DNA from: an uncultured Clostridia bacterium
Lineage (GTDB): Bacteria; Bacillota; Clostridia; Christensenellales; Borkfalkiaceae
Assembly: GCA_934271245.1 (NCBI GenBank)
Contig: CAKQQY010000024.1
Location: 1 to 27,916 of the forward strand
Reading direction: 5' to 3'
DNA: 27,916 bases
Both the position numbers and the translations under genes were made by a program. The notes under the pieces are model-generated. The model was not told the DNA's origin. It did not search any database and worked only from the letters and a program-made list of their open reading frames with translations. This document shows, piece by piece, positions 17,612-27,625 of the stretch (positions are counted from its first letter, which is position 1; the number at the start of each line of letters is the position of its first letter).

Positions 17612-17848
17612 ATGAAATATGATGTATTAAGTAAAGAAGATAAAATTTTAGTATATATAAATAAAGATGTTGATGTGCAAGCTACCCGAGATATTTGGAA
17701 AAATATGTAGAGGAATTTTCCCAATAATCAAGTGATAGTTATTCATAATGCATTTATTGATAATATTAAGGTTATTCATACAGATGATCCTTATAATAAG
17801 ATATTAAATGTTTATAATCAGTGTCTTGTTAATGAGGATTATTTATGA
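17612..17848 (+). CDS. Hypothetical protein (leaderless?)
   Basis: 79-codon ORF starting 6 nt after the TATAAT. Confidence 0.4.
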
Positions 17849-17915
17849 TTATTTATCTAATAGAGAATATTAAAATAAATTTTTTATTTTTTATATAATT
17901 AGGAGGAGATGATAA

Positions 17916-18605
17916 AATATAAGTAGTGGTATTTATAAAATAACAAATAAAATCAATAATAAGATTTATATTGGATGTTCTAAAAATATTGAACATAGAT
18001 GGGTAGCTCATAAATCAGAATCAATTTTAGAGCAATATCCTCCTTATAATTATTCTATACATAGAGCTTTTCGTAAATATGGTATTGATAATTTTAATTT
18101 TGAAATTATTGAAATAATAAATAATGAAACTCAATTATTTGCTAGAGAAAAATACTGGATAAAATATTATGATTCATATTATAATGGTTATAATGAAACT
18201 GAAGGAGGAGACGGTGGACCTAGCTTACCATTAGAATCAAATCCTAACAGCAAACTTAAAAACGAAGATATAATTTATATAAGAACCTTATAGCTAGAGG
18301 GGAAAATGCCTTCTGAAGTTTATTCTTTATTTAGCGATAGGATTTCTCGTCGAGGATTTGATCATATTTGGAGAGGAGAAAATTGGAAAGAATTAGTACC
18401 AGAAGCGATAAAGTATGTCCACAGCAAAGAATATAAAATAGCTATTAAAAAATTTGCTAGAGAAAAACAAATAAATGAAGATAAAAAACAAATTTTTAAT
18501 GATATTAAAGAAAAGAAGCAAAAAGGATTAAAACGTATGGATGTATATGAAGAGTATAAAAATATTTATAGTTTAAGCGGTTTTAATAAGGTATGGTATA
18601 AATGA
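17916..18605 (+). CDS. GIY-YIG homing-type endonuclease (start codon unresolved; 1 TAG = Gln at 18291)
   Basis: SGIYKITNKINNKIYIGCSKNIEHRW...YN...GG. The frame opens at 17916 after a TAA and contains no ATG. Continues through the TAG into the track ORF 18306..18605. Confidence 0.55.
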
Positions 18606-19078
18606 TTATATTTGTCGATGGAGCTTGTAGTCAAAATGGTAAAGCCAATAGCAAAGGCGGATTTGGTGTAGTAGTTTTTGATGATAACAACAGACTGATT
18701 GATGCTTATGGGCATTGGGAAGAGCATACTACAAATAATATTCAAGAATTAAAAGCTGTTTTATATGCAATTTATCATTATGGTAATAAATCTATAGTAC
18801 CTATTGTATATACAGATAGCTCTTATGTTCATCAGGCATTTACAAAATGGATGTATAATTGGGCTAATAACGGATGGCTTAAAAGTGATAAAAAAGAGCC
18901 AGAAAATTTAGAATTAATTCAAACGTATTATTATTTAATTAAAAAAGGATATAGAATTGATTTACGCAAAGTAACAGGGCATTCCGGCGTCAAAGGTAAT
19001 GAATTGGCTGATATGATTGCTACTGGTAAAATTAATCCTAAAGATTTAATCAATAAGGAGGACATGAATGGCCAATAA
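18602..19078 (+). CDS. rnhA: Ribonuclease H (RNase HI-like)
   Basis: DGAC, TNNIQELKA, YTDSSYV, GHSGVKGNELADMIA. ATGA overlap with the upstream gene. Confidence 0.8.
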   Translation: MIIFVDGACSQNGKANSKGGFGVVVFDDNNRLIDAYGHWEEHTTNNIQELKAVLYAIYHYGNKSIVPIVYTDSSYVHQAFTKWMYNWANNGWLKSDKKEPENLELIQTYYYLIKKGYRIDLRKVTGHSGVKGNELADMIATGKINPKDLINKEDMNGQ

Positions 19079-20960
19079 ATTATACACAGAAGATAGTATT
19101 CAATCACTGTCGCCCCTTGAATTTACTCGACTTAGACCAGGTGTATATTGTGGCTCTACTGAATATTCAACTCAATTACTTATTGAAATTGTATCAAATG
19201 CAGTAGATGAATATTGTGCAGGTCATGGAGATACAATTAAAGTTATTACTAATGAAGATCATAGTATTGTGGTAGAGGATAATGGACAAGGTTTTATTCC
19301 AAATGCAATGCGAGAAGATGGCAAGACTATCCTTGAAGCTTCATTTAGTGTATTAAATACTTCTGGCAAATATGATGACAATGGGGTCTATCAAGGAGTA
19401 GCCCTTGGCTTGAATGGTATTGGTAGTAAATTATCCTGTTTTCTTAGCCATTGGTTAAAGGTTACTACATGGCGTGATGGATCTTATGAAGAAATTACAT
19501 TTACAGAAGGTATTCTCTCTAATAGAATAACTGGAAAATGTGAAAAAGACAAGCATGGCACTAAAGTTAATTGGTTACCAAGTGAAGAATTTTTTACTCA
19601 TACTGAAATTAATTTAAATACTATTAAACAATTATTTAAGGTTCTTGTATGCTTATGTCCTGGGTTAAAAATTGTTCTTAATGATGAAGAATATTACTCG
19701 GCCAATGGATTAACTGATTTAGTCAATGATGCTGTTAAGAAAACAGAAATTATTAATAATAGATTAATTATTAAAAAAGATGAAGGAAAAAATAAATTAG
19801 ATTTTGAATTAACTTATACTGATAATTATACTTCTACTATTGTTCCTTATGTAAATACAGGACTTACTGATAGTGGTCCTCATATTACATTAATTAAAAC
19901 TATTCTTACTCGTGAATTAAATAAATTTTTCCGTGAAAAGAAATGGTTAAAAGATAAAGAAGAAAATTTATCAGGTGAAGATTGTCAAGAAGGATTGTAT
20001 CTTGTATTTAATCTTACTACTTCTGGAGTAAGTTATGATGCTCAGACTAAGAGTAGAATTGTAAAATTAGATATGTCACCATTTACTCCTTGGATTACTG
20101 AAGGAATTCGACAATGGCTTGAACTTAATGAGAAATCAATTAAAATTATTGCTGATAAAGCATTAAATGCACGACGCGCCAGAGAAGCTGCACGTAAAGC
20201 CAGAGAAGCCGTCAGACAACCAAAAGAAAAGAAGAAACAATTCTTAAATCTTCCCAGTAAACTTGTTGATTGTTGGAGCAAAGATAGAAGTAAGTGCGAG
20301 CTGTTCGTGGTCGAGGGGGATTCAGCCGCTGGCGGTCTTGTAGAAGCACGAGATGCTGAACATATTGCTATTTTCCCTGTTAGAGGTAAAATTATTTCAA
20401 GTTATAAAAATAGTAGCGAGAAAATTTTTGCTAATCAAGAAGTAGTTAATCTTATTAAAGCTATTGGTTTAGAATTAGATAGTAAAACTAATAAATTGAT
20501 TTATGATGAAAAAAAATTACGTTATGGTAAGATTTTTTTAGCAGCAGACGCTGATCCGGATGGGGCCAGCATCAGAAACCTCTTGATTGAAATGTTCTGG
20601 TGGTTATGCCCTGAATTAATTGAAAATGGGCATTTATATACAACCATGCCACCATTATTTAGAATTACTACTAAGAAAAATCAATACATTTTTATTAAAG
20701 ATGCTATTGAATTAGAAAAATATAAAGAATTGCATAAGGGTGAAAGTTTTTTAATCAACAGAAACAAAGGCCTGGGGGAGCAAGACCCTGATGAATTAGC
20801 AGAAGCCTTATTAAATCCTGAAACAAGAAATATAGCTCAATTAGTGATTGAAGATAAAAAATCAACAGAGAATTTAATTGAAATGTTGCTTGGACCAAGT
20901 GTACCGCCAAGAAGAGCATATCTATTAGCGCATAGTGAGGAGGCAAATGACAATGATTAA
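19068..20960 (+). CDS. Type II DNA topoisomerase, ATPase/TOPRIM subunit (GyrB/ParE / T4 gp39-like)
   Basis: GHKL ATPase motifs (VDEYCAGHG, VEDNGQGFIP, LNGIGSKL), TOPRIM VVEGDSAAG, and DADPDG. AAGGAGG RBS. Confidence 0.9.
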   Translation: MANKLYTEDSIQSLSPLEFTRLRPGVYCGSTEYSTQLLIEIVSNAVDEYCAGHGDTIKVITNEDHSIVVEDNGQGFIPNAMREDGKTILEASFSVLNTSGKYDDNGVYQGVALGLNGIGSKLSCFLSHWLKVTTWRDGSYEEITFTEGILSNRITGKCEKDKHGTKVNWLPSEEFFTHTEINLNTIKQLFKVLVCLCPGLKIVLNDEEYYSANGLTDLVNDAVKKTEIINNRLIIKKDEGKNKLDFELTYTDNYTSTIVPYVNTGLTDSGPHITLIKTILTRELNKFFREKKWLKDKEENLSGEDCQEGLYLVFNLTTSGVSYDAQTKSRIVKLDMSPFTPWITEGIRQWLELNEKSIKIIADKALNARRAREAARKAREAVRQPKEKKKQFLNLPSKLVDCWSKDRSKCELFVVEGDSAAGGLVEARDAEHIAIFPVRGKIISSYKNSSEKIFANQEVVNLIKAIGLELDSKTNKLIYDEKKLRYGKIFLAADADPDGASIRNLLIEMFWWLCPELIENGHLYTTMPPLFRITTKKNQYIFIKDAIELEKYKELHKGESFLINRNKGLGEQDPDELAEALLNPETRNIAQLVIEDKKSTENLIEMLLGPSVPPRRAYLLAHSEEANDND

Positions 20961-23298
20961 TATTAATCAAGAATTATCACAGAATTTCCTTGATTTTTCT
21001 TATGAAGCAAATAGTCAACGTGCATTTGCCGATGCCAGAGACGGCCTAAAGCCAGGCCAACGCGCGTGCCTATGGGAAATGTACTCAAAAGGCTATTCCA
21101 GCGCTAAACCACATGTTAAATCTGCAAAGATCAGTGGTGGCGTCATTAGTTCATGGTGGCCCCATGGTAATGTAGCAATTTATGATACATTTGCTCGTAT
21201 GTCTCAACCTTGGATTAATAATATTCCAGAAGTAGACTGGCATGGAGCAAATGGATCTATTCAAATAAGTAGTGAAGCGGCCGCAGATCGTTATACAGAA
21301 GCCCGTCTCTCTAAATCTACTGAAGATGGATTATTTGTAGGAATTAAGAAAAATAATGTTCCTATGAAATTAAATTTTTCAGAAGATGAAGAATGGCCAG
21401 AAGTATTACCAGCTCTGTATCCTCGTCTTATGGTAAATGGATGTCAAGGTATTGGATCTACCATTGCTAATATATGGCTTCCTCATTCTCTTGATGAATT
21501 AGCCGAAGTGATTAATGAATATCTTAAAACAGATACAATTAATTACTCTAAATTGGCCCCTTCATTTCCTACTGGTGGAATTATTGTAAATAAAGATGAG
21601 CTTGAAACAATTTACAAAACTGGTAAGGGTAAAGTAGTCCTCCGGGCCAAAACGGAAATTGTAGGTAATAATATTTTAATTACTGAAATCCCTTATCAAA
21701 TTTATGTTGAGCCATTTATTGAAAGTGTTAGACAATTAATTTTGAAAGATGAATTAACTAATATTGTTAATATTACAAATAAAAGTAATAAAAAACAGTT
21801 ATTAATTGAAATTGAATGCGATGCTAATCCTTCAATAGTATTAACAAAATTATTTCAAAAAACTGATTTGCAAAAAACATTTAATGCAAATCAATATGCT
21901 CTTATCGGTAAAACACCAAAGTTACTTAATTTTAAAGATTATATTGATACATTTTTAAATCATAATTATCAATGTATTGAAAAAGAATATACTTATGATT
22001 TAGAAAAATCTAAAAAAAGACTTGAAATTGTAGAAGGATTAATTAAAGCTCTTGAAGATATTGATAATATTATTGCGTTAATTAAAAGTAGTAATAGTTC
22101 TAAAGATGCAATAATTAATCTTATCAACAAATATAAATTTACTGAAAATCAAGCTCAAGCTATTGTTAATATGAAGCTTGGCCGTTTAGCACATTTGGAA
22201 GTAATTGAATTAAATCAAGAAAAAATTGATTTAACATCTACGATTACCAATTGCGAAGATGTTATTACTCACTTAGATAAGAAAAAACAAATTTTTATTG
22301 AAAGATTTAATTCATTTATTAAAAAATATCCAAATCCGCGCAAGACACAATTAACTCAATTAAATTATAATCCAAAAGTAGAAAAAGAAATAGTAAATGT
22401 AGAGCCTGAAAAATGTGTCGTTGTAGTAACTGAAGGTGGAACTATTAAGCGTATTCCTATTACCAGTTTTAAAATCCAAAAGCGCAATGGAAAAGGTGTA
22501 AAATCGCAAGAAGATATTACACATTGTGTAATTCGGACAAATACTATTGATAATCTTATGTTGTTTACTAATAAAGGTATTATGTATAAGTTATTGGTAA
22601 ATGATATTCCAGTAGGCACAAATGCAAGCGCTGGAACACCTATTTCGGCATTAGTAAAAATGAGTGTAGGTGAACAAGTTATTACTATTTATTCTATTTA
22701 TCGAGATACAGATGCGAAGTATGTATTATTTGCCACTAAGCAAGGATTAATTAAAAAAGTTCCTCTTGAAGAGTATACTGGTATGCGTAAGAAGACTGGC
22801 GTCTCAGCAACCACATTACATGATGGAGATAACTTAGCTAATGTATCCTTAATTAAAGATGAGCAATTAATTGTATTAACTAAAAACGGTTATGCAATTA
22901 AAATCAATAGTAGTGAACTTGGCACATCTTCTCGTATTGCTATGGGCGTTAAAGCTATTAATCTCAATGATGGTGATGAAGTAGCTTGCGTATTACCAAT
23001 TCGTGATAATACAGATTATTTTGGTATTTTTACTCGAAATGGATTTAGTAAAAAAATTAATTTAAGTGAACTATCATTACAAAAACGTGCAGGTCGAGGA
23101 ATTGTTGTATATAAGCCCACTGCTGAAACAGGTGAAGTGATTGATGCTTCTCTTATCAATGATACTGATAATTTATTTATTTGTGGAGATAAGAAAAATA
23201 TTTGTATTTCAGCTAAGGATATTATATATGCAAGTCGCACTGCTATTGGCAACTCAGTTATTAAAAATGAAAAAATTAAGAAAGTGACAAAAATTTGA
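20947..23298 (+). CDS. Type II DNA topoisomerase, DNA breakage-reunion subunit (GyrA/ParC / T4 gp52-like)
   Basis: RDGLKPGQRACLWEMY, and active-site AADRYTEARLS with catalytic Tyr. GAGGAGG RBS before the ATG at 20947. The track start at 20935 is probably too early. Confidence 0.9.
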   Translation: MTMININQELSQNFLDFSYEANSQRAFADARDGLKPGQRACLWEMYSKGYSSAKPHVKSAKISGGVISSWWPHGNVAIYDTFARMSQPWINNIPEVDWHGANGSIQISSEAAADRYTEARLSKSTEDGLFVGIKKNNVPMKLNFSEDEEWPEVLPALYPRLMVNGCQGIGSTIANIWLPHSLDELAEVINEYLKTDTINYSKLAPSFPTGGIIVNKDELETIYKTGKGKVVLRAKTEIVGNNILITEIPYQIYVEPFIESVRQLILKDELTNIVNITNKSNKKQLLIEIECDANPSIVLTKLFQKTDLQKTFNANQYALIGKTPKLLNFKDYIDTFLNHNYQCIEKEYTYDLEKSKKRLEIVEGLIKALEDIDNIIALIKSSNSSKDAIINLINKYKFTENQAQAIVNMKLGRLAHLEVIELNQEKIDLTSTITNCEDVITHLDKKKQIFIERFNSFIKKYPNPRKTQLTQLNYNPKVEKEIVNVEPEKCVVVVTEGGTIKRIPITSFKIQKRNGKGVKSQEDITHCVIRTNTIDNLMLFTNKGIMYKLLVNDIPVGTNASAGTPISALVKMSVGEQVITIYSIYRDTDAKYVLFATKQGLIKKVPLEEYTGMRKKTGVSATTLHDGDNLANVSLIKDEQLIVLTKNGYAIKINSSELGTSSRIAMGVKAINLNDGDEVACVLPIRDNTDYFGIFTRNGFSKKINLSELSLQKRAGRGIVVYKPTAETGEVIDASLINDTDNLFICGDKKNICISAKDIIYASRTAIGNSVIKNEKIKKVTKI

Positions 23299-23299
23299 T

Positions 23300-23328
23300 T
23301 TGCATTTTTAAAAATTTTTTCGTATAAT
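23300..23328 (+). promoter_or_regulatory. Sigma-70 promoter TTGCAT-17-TATAAT
   Basis: Canonical spacing, upstream of the ligase gene. Confidence 0.5.
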
Positions 23329-23353
23329 ATAAATAAAGAAAGGGATAAAAAAT

Positions 23354-24562
23354 ATGTCCTTCTCTCAAGAACTTATCGATAAATATGCTCCTGAAGCCGA
23401 GTGTATTCAAGCGATGAAAATTTGGAAATTACCAGATGGAAAAGAGGATATGTTTCCAACAGTTTGTACTAATGGAGACTATTTTGCCGAATTAAAAAAA
23501 GATGGATATTGGTATGAATTTGAAAAGACACAAAATCATATGTATCTATTTAGCAGGAATGTCAGTAAAAATACTGGTATTCTTACTGACAAATTAGCAA
23601 ATGTTCCTCATATTGAAGAAGCCTTGGCCGTTTTACCTGCGGGAACAATTTTAATTGGTGAAATTTATTACCCAGGTAAGACATCAAAAGATGTAACACG
23701 TATAATGGGTTGTTTGGCTGATGAAGCTATTTTGCGCCAAAAAGATAATCCAGTCCATTTTTATTTACATGATGTAATTAAATATAATGGAGAAGATTTA
23801 CAATCTTATGGTGCATTAACTCGTTATAAAGTGTTATGTAAAATTTGGGAAAAATTTAATTTAAGTCAATATCCATTTATGGAACTGGCAAAAGCAGTCT
23901 ATGAAAATATTTATGATTATACTGCACAAGCTCTTAAAAATGGAGAAGAAGGTGTAGTTCTTAAATTAAAAACTGCTCAATATGCTCCTGATAAAAGACC
24001 AGCTTGGTCGTCCATTAAAATTAAAAAGATTGATTATCTTGATGCTATTCTTATTGGTTTTGATGATGCGACTAAAGAATATGAAGGCAAAGAAATTCAG
24101 AGTTGGCAATATTGGGAAGTAAAAGAACCAAGTTTTTATGATTGTTTTGAAGAAGATCATTGTTTTGCTGGCTGGGTTAATCCTAAATTAGTAAGCGGTA
24201 ATTATTATTATAAATATACTCAAAATCGCAATAATACTAATTGGGGTTCTCAATTAGTAAATGATGATGAAAGATGTTATACACCAGTTACTAAAGGATA
24301 TTTTTATGGATGGAAAACTGCAATCCATATCGGCGCTTATGATGAAAATGGTAATATTGTAGAAATTGGCACTGTATCATCTGGGCTGACTGATGAATTG
24401 CGTGAAGGTTTTGCTAAATGTCCAGAAAAATATCTTAATAGAGTTGTTTCGTTGCAGTGTATGCAAAAAGACAATAAAGAACATACTTTACGTCATGCCT
24501 TCTTCAAAGGTTTTCGTGATGATAAAAATCCAAATGATTGTTTGCTGAATACAATATTTTGA
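23354..24562 (+). CDS. ATP-dependent DNA ligase (nucleotidyltransferase plus OB fold)
   Basis: Motif I AELKKDGYW (KxDG), motif III LIGEIY, motif IV EGVVLKL, motif V WSSIKIKK. Confidence 0.8.
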   Translation: MSFSQELIDKYAPEAECIQAMKIWKLPDGKEDMFPTVCTNGDYFAELKKDGYWYEFEKTQNHMYLFSRNVSKNTGILTDKLANVPHIEEALAVLPAGTILIGEIYYPGKTSKDVTRIMGCLADEAILRQKDNPVHFYLHDVIKYNGEDLQSYGALTRYKVLCKIWEKFNLSQYPFMELAKAVYENIYDYTAQALKNGEEGVVLKLKTAQYAPDKRPAWSSIKIKKIDYLDAILIGFDDATKEYEGKEIQSWQYWEVKEPSFYDCFEEDHCFAGWVNPKLVSGNYYYKYTQNRNNTNWGSQLVNDDERCYTPVTKGYFYGWKTAIHIGAYDENGNIVEIGTVSSGLTDELREGFAKCPEKYLNRVVSLQCMQKDNKEHTLRHAFFKGFRDDKNPNDCLLNTIF

Positions 24563-24587
24563 CAAAGTTCAAAAAATATTTTATAAT
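24559..24587 (+). promoter_or_regulatory. Sigma-70 promoter TTGACA-17-TATAAT
   Basis: Perfect consensus. Overlaps the ligase stop codon. Confidence 0.6.
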
Positions 24588-24620
24588 ATATTTGTAAATA
24601 AGGATAAAAAATTTTTCTAT

Positions 24621-24812
24621 ATGAAAAGAAAAGAACTAAAAAATCTCGCTGTTAAAATTGCTAAATTAGAATAGATTATTTAGCGCAATGAAGACCCGAA
24701 GCAAGTTCATCAAGCACAAGACGAAATCGTTAAATTATCAGGGCATGTTGATAGCCTTGAAGATATTATGCTGATGGATGAATTTATTCAGGATATTCTA
24801 AAAAATTCTTGA
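24621..24812 (+). CDS. Small hypothetical protein (2 TAG = Gln)
   Basis: 63 aa. TAGs at 24671 and 24680. Confidence 0.3.
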
Positions 24813-24837
24813 CTTTAAAAAAATTTTTTAGTATAAT
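24809..24837 (+). promoter_or_regulatory. Sigma-70 promoter TTGACT-17-TATAAT
   Basis: Canonical. Precedes the wHTH gene and its AAAGGAG RBS. Confidence 0.6.
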
Positions 24838-24909
24838 ATTTACATAAGCTAAATGCTTAAAAATTAAAAAAATAAAAAATTATTTATTAAAAGGAGATTA
24901 TTATTTATT

Positions 24910-25176
24910 ATGCTCAAACCTAATACCGTTGCTGTTATCAATTATCTTAAGGAAGTCAATGGCTAGAATGTCACTGCTGCCGATGTCGCAGAAGCTCTTG
25001 GTCTTGAAAAGCGCACTGTTGATGGTATTTTTACCTCTGCTATTCAGCGCAAGGAACTCGGTATTCGTACCCCGGCTGAGATTGAGCTTCCTGATGGCAC
25101 CCATAAGCAAGTGAAGTTTTTGTCTCTTACTGATGCCGGTATGGCATTTGATACTACTGTTACTGACGCAGAGTAA
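24910..25176 (+). CDS. Winged-helix DNA-binding protein, paralog 2 (1 TAG = Gln; locally GC-rich)
   Basis: VTAADVAEALGLEKRTVDGIFTSAIQRKELGI. Similar architecture to the ORFs at 1904 and 27248. Confidence 0.5.
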
Positions 25177-25190
25177 TTAAATAAATTTAA

Positions 25191-25228
25191 ATAGCGAGGG
25201 AGAATTTTCTCTCCTTCGCTATTTTTTA
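25191..25228 (+). terminator. Rho-independent terminator
   Basis: AGCGAGGGAGA-ATTTT-CTCTCCTTCGCT followed by T6. Confidence 0.7.
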
Positions 25229-25238
25229 TAATGAATTT

Positions 25239-26237
25239 ATGACTATAATTTTTTGTATTTTATCCTTGATACTGGGTGGAAGTATCATATATTATATTCT
25301 TCGGCCCAAGATAAAGTAGACAGAAGAATATAATCTTGAAATTGAAAAACTAAATAATGGATTAAAAGAAGAGAATAAATCATTAACAGAAAGTTAGAAA
25401 GAATTAACTACTAAAATCTGTTCTCTTAATATTACTTAGAACTCACTAATTAAAGATATTAATTATCTTGAAGATAAAAAGAAAATTCTTGATAATAATT
25501 ATAAAGAAGCCAATAAAAATGCTGAATTATATCGCCAGAAGGTAAATGATTTAGCATCTGAAAAATTTGCTCAATCGGCCGAACGTATGGCGATAGAATA
25601 CCAGTAGGCAGAAAGTAATTATCAACAAGAATATCTAAATACTATTGCCGAAGGAGCATAGGAATATACTAACCTAATCGCGCAAAAGCAAAATGAATTA
25701 CAATAGATACTTCTGGCTCTTAATGATGCTAAAGCTAAACAAGATATAATAGTTGAAGCGAATAAGCGCGTAGAAGAAATTAAATAGAAAGAACAATTTT
25801 ATAAACTTAATTTAAGTAATATTGATATTGAAGAAATTAAAAAACTTCGTTCAATTATTCCTTATTTGCGCTCGGCTGAGCCTATCAATAAGGTCATCTG
25901 GAAGGTTTATTATGAAAAACCTTATACAGATTTAGTTGGTCGAGTAATCGGACAAGGAATACACACTGGTATATATAAAATTACTAACATAGAAAATCAA
26001 AAATGTTATATAGGATAGGCAACATCACTGGCTGACCGCTGGAAATAGCATATTAAACGTGGCGTTGGTGCTGAAGCTCCCACTCGTAATAAATTATATC
26101 CAGCAATGTATGAACTCGGCCCAGAAAATTTTACATTTGAAGTATTAGAAGAATGTGAAAGAACTAAACTTGATGAACGTGAAGATTTTTGGTAGAATTT
26201 TTATTAGGCTAAAGAATTTGGATATAGTATAAAATAA
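25239..26237 (+). CDS. Membrane-anchored coiled-coil protein with C-terminal GIY-YIG/T5orf172-like nuclease domain (12 TAG = Gln)
   Basis: N-terminal TM IIFCILSLILGGSIIYYIL. Long coiled coil. C-terminal GIYKITNIENQKCYIGQATSLADRWKQHIKRG...ENFTFEVLEEC...EREDFWQ. Twelve in-frame TAGs. TATAAT lies 6 nt before the ATG. Confidence 0.5.
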
Positions 26238-26249
26238 GGAGGAAATTAA

Positions 26250-26531
26250 GTGTATAGAATTATTGATAAACGTGGTTCTGGCAAAACAGGTAGATTATTT
26301 TTAATTGCTAAAGATACTGGAGCTACAATCGTCTGTTCTAATCCTCGTATGATGCAAGAGAAAGCTATATACTATGGTTTTAAAGACTTAAATTTTATGT
26401 CTTATGCTGAATATGTAGAAGCTTATAAAGGACGAGGATACAATCAAAAATTTTTAATTGATGAAATTGAATCATTAGTAAAATGTTTAGGAAATGTAAT
26501 TGGATATTCCCTCTCGGAGGATGAAGAATAA
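26250..26531 (+). CDS. Small P-loop (Walker A GSGKT, Walker B-like LIDEIE) protein; GTG start
   Basis: AAGGAGG RBS. 93 aa. Confidence 0.4.
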   Translation: MYRIIDKRGSGKTGRLFLIAKDTGATIVCSNPRMMQEKAIYYGFKDLNFMSYAEYVEAYKGRGYNQKFLIDEIESLVKCLGNVIGYSLSEDEE

Positions 26532-27178
26532 TGGATATTGTAAGCAATGTAAAGATTTATGATTTAGAAGAAAGCATCATCGCAGCAGGATACCCGATGG
26601 TTACTGATGTAGAAAGCCAGTAGGGTAGAGAATTAGTAGATAATGATTTTAAGCGTTGTAATACTCTTATTAATGCTTGTGTAAAAGATAATTAGGCGCA
26701 TGGTCAATTTTTAACAGGTATTCGAGTTAATTTTGATTTGACTTGCTCTAATAAAATGTGGGTAGAGGCCGAACGCTACAGGTTCTTGGAATTTGTTAGC
26801 AGTTGTAGTACCATGCATCGTATTACCAAGTTTGATTTAGATAAAGCTTATAATAAATATGTTGATGAACGTGTTATTGATATTATGAAAGAAAAAGTCG
26901 ATACTTATAATACTCAACTTGAAATTAAAAAGAACATGATCAACAATGATGCAAGCACGGAATCAATTAAACAGCAAGAAGATTGGCTTAAAGAATTGTA
27001 TCTTGAAATTCTCTATACTAATCCTGCTGGATTTACATTAACTGCACGTATGACTACTAATTATCGTTGTTTAAGAAATATTTATAAACAACGTAAAAAT
27101 CATAGGCTTAAAGAGTGGCAAGATTTTTGCCATTGGATTGAGACACTTCCCTATGCAAAAGAATTATTGATTAATTAA
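26531..27178 (+). CDS. Hypothetical protein, tentatively ThyX-like (flavin-dependent thymidylate synthase fold) (2 TAG = Gln)
   Basis: Weak recalled resemblance to ThyX: HGQFLTGIRVNFDLT vs HETPFEHIVFTFHV, and RYRF...SSCSTMHR vs RHRIASYNELSGRY. Confidence 0.35.
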
Positions 27179-27181
27179 AAT

Positions 27182-27210
27182 TTGAAAATTTTTCTAAAAT
27201 ATGATATAAT
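27182..27210 (+). promoter_or_regulatory. Sigma-70 promoter TTGAAA-17-TATAAT
   Basis: Canonical spacing, upstream of the ORF at 27248. Confidence 0.55.
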
Positions 27211-27247
27211 ATTAATATAAAGAATAAGAAAGAGAGTTATTTTAAAA

Positions 27248-27607
27248 ATGACTAAAAAGCAGGCATTTATTAATTTTGTTAATGATTTAATTGAAAATTG
27301 TAATCATCCCGTAGAAATGAATGAAGATGTTGAATTCTATTGGAATTATCTTAATAATAGTGATGATAAAGAAGTTGCAACTCCATTGTTTACTGATAAT
27401 GGTAAAATTATTCTAACATTCCTCCAAGAGCATACAGAGAGTGACACTTGGAAGTCTAAAGATATGGCCGAAATCCTTGGTATTAGTTCAAGATCTATTT
27501 CAGGTAGTATCCGTAAATTAGTAAATGATGGATATGTTGAAAAGATTGATGATAATCCAGCTATTTATGCTATTACTACTAAGGGTAAAGATATTAAAAT
27601 TGATTAA
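27248..27607 (+). CDS. Winged-helix DNA-binding protein, paralog 3
   Basis: DMAEILGISSRSISGSIRKLVNDGYVEK. Confidence 0.5.
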   Translation: MTKKQAFINFVNDLIENCNHPVEMNEDVEFYWNYLNNSDDKEVATPLFTDNGKIILTFLQEHTESDTWKSKDMAEILGISSRSISGSIRKLVNDGYVEKIDDNPAIYAITTKGKDIKID

Positions 27608-27625
27608 TTAAAGGAGAAAATAATT

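Noticed and set aside
24901-25114. Track ORFs 24901..25110 (-) and 24929..25114 (+)
   Set aside because: They overlap the better-supported wHTH gene (24910..25176, RBS plus promoter) in other frames, and they terminate where that gene continues through a recoded TAG.
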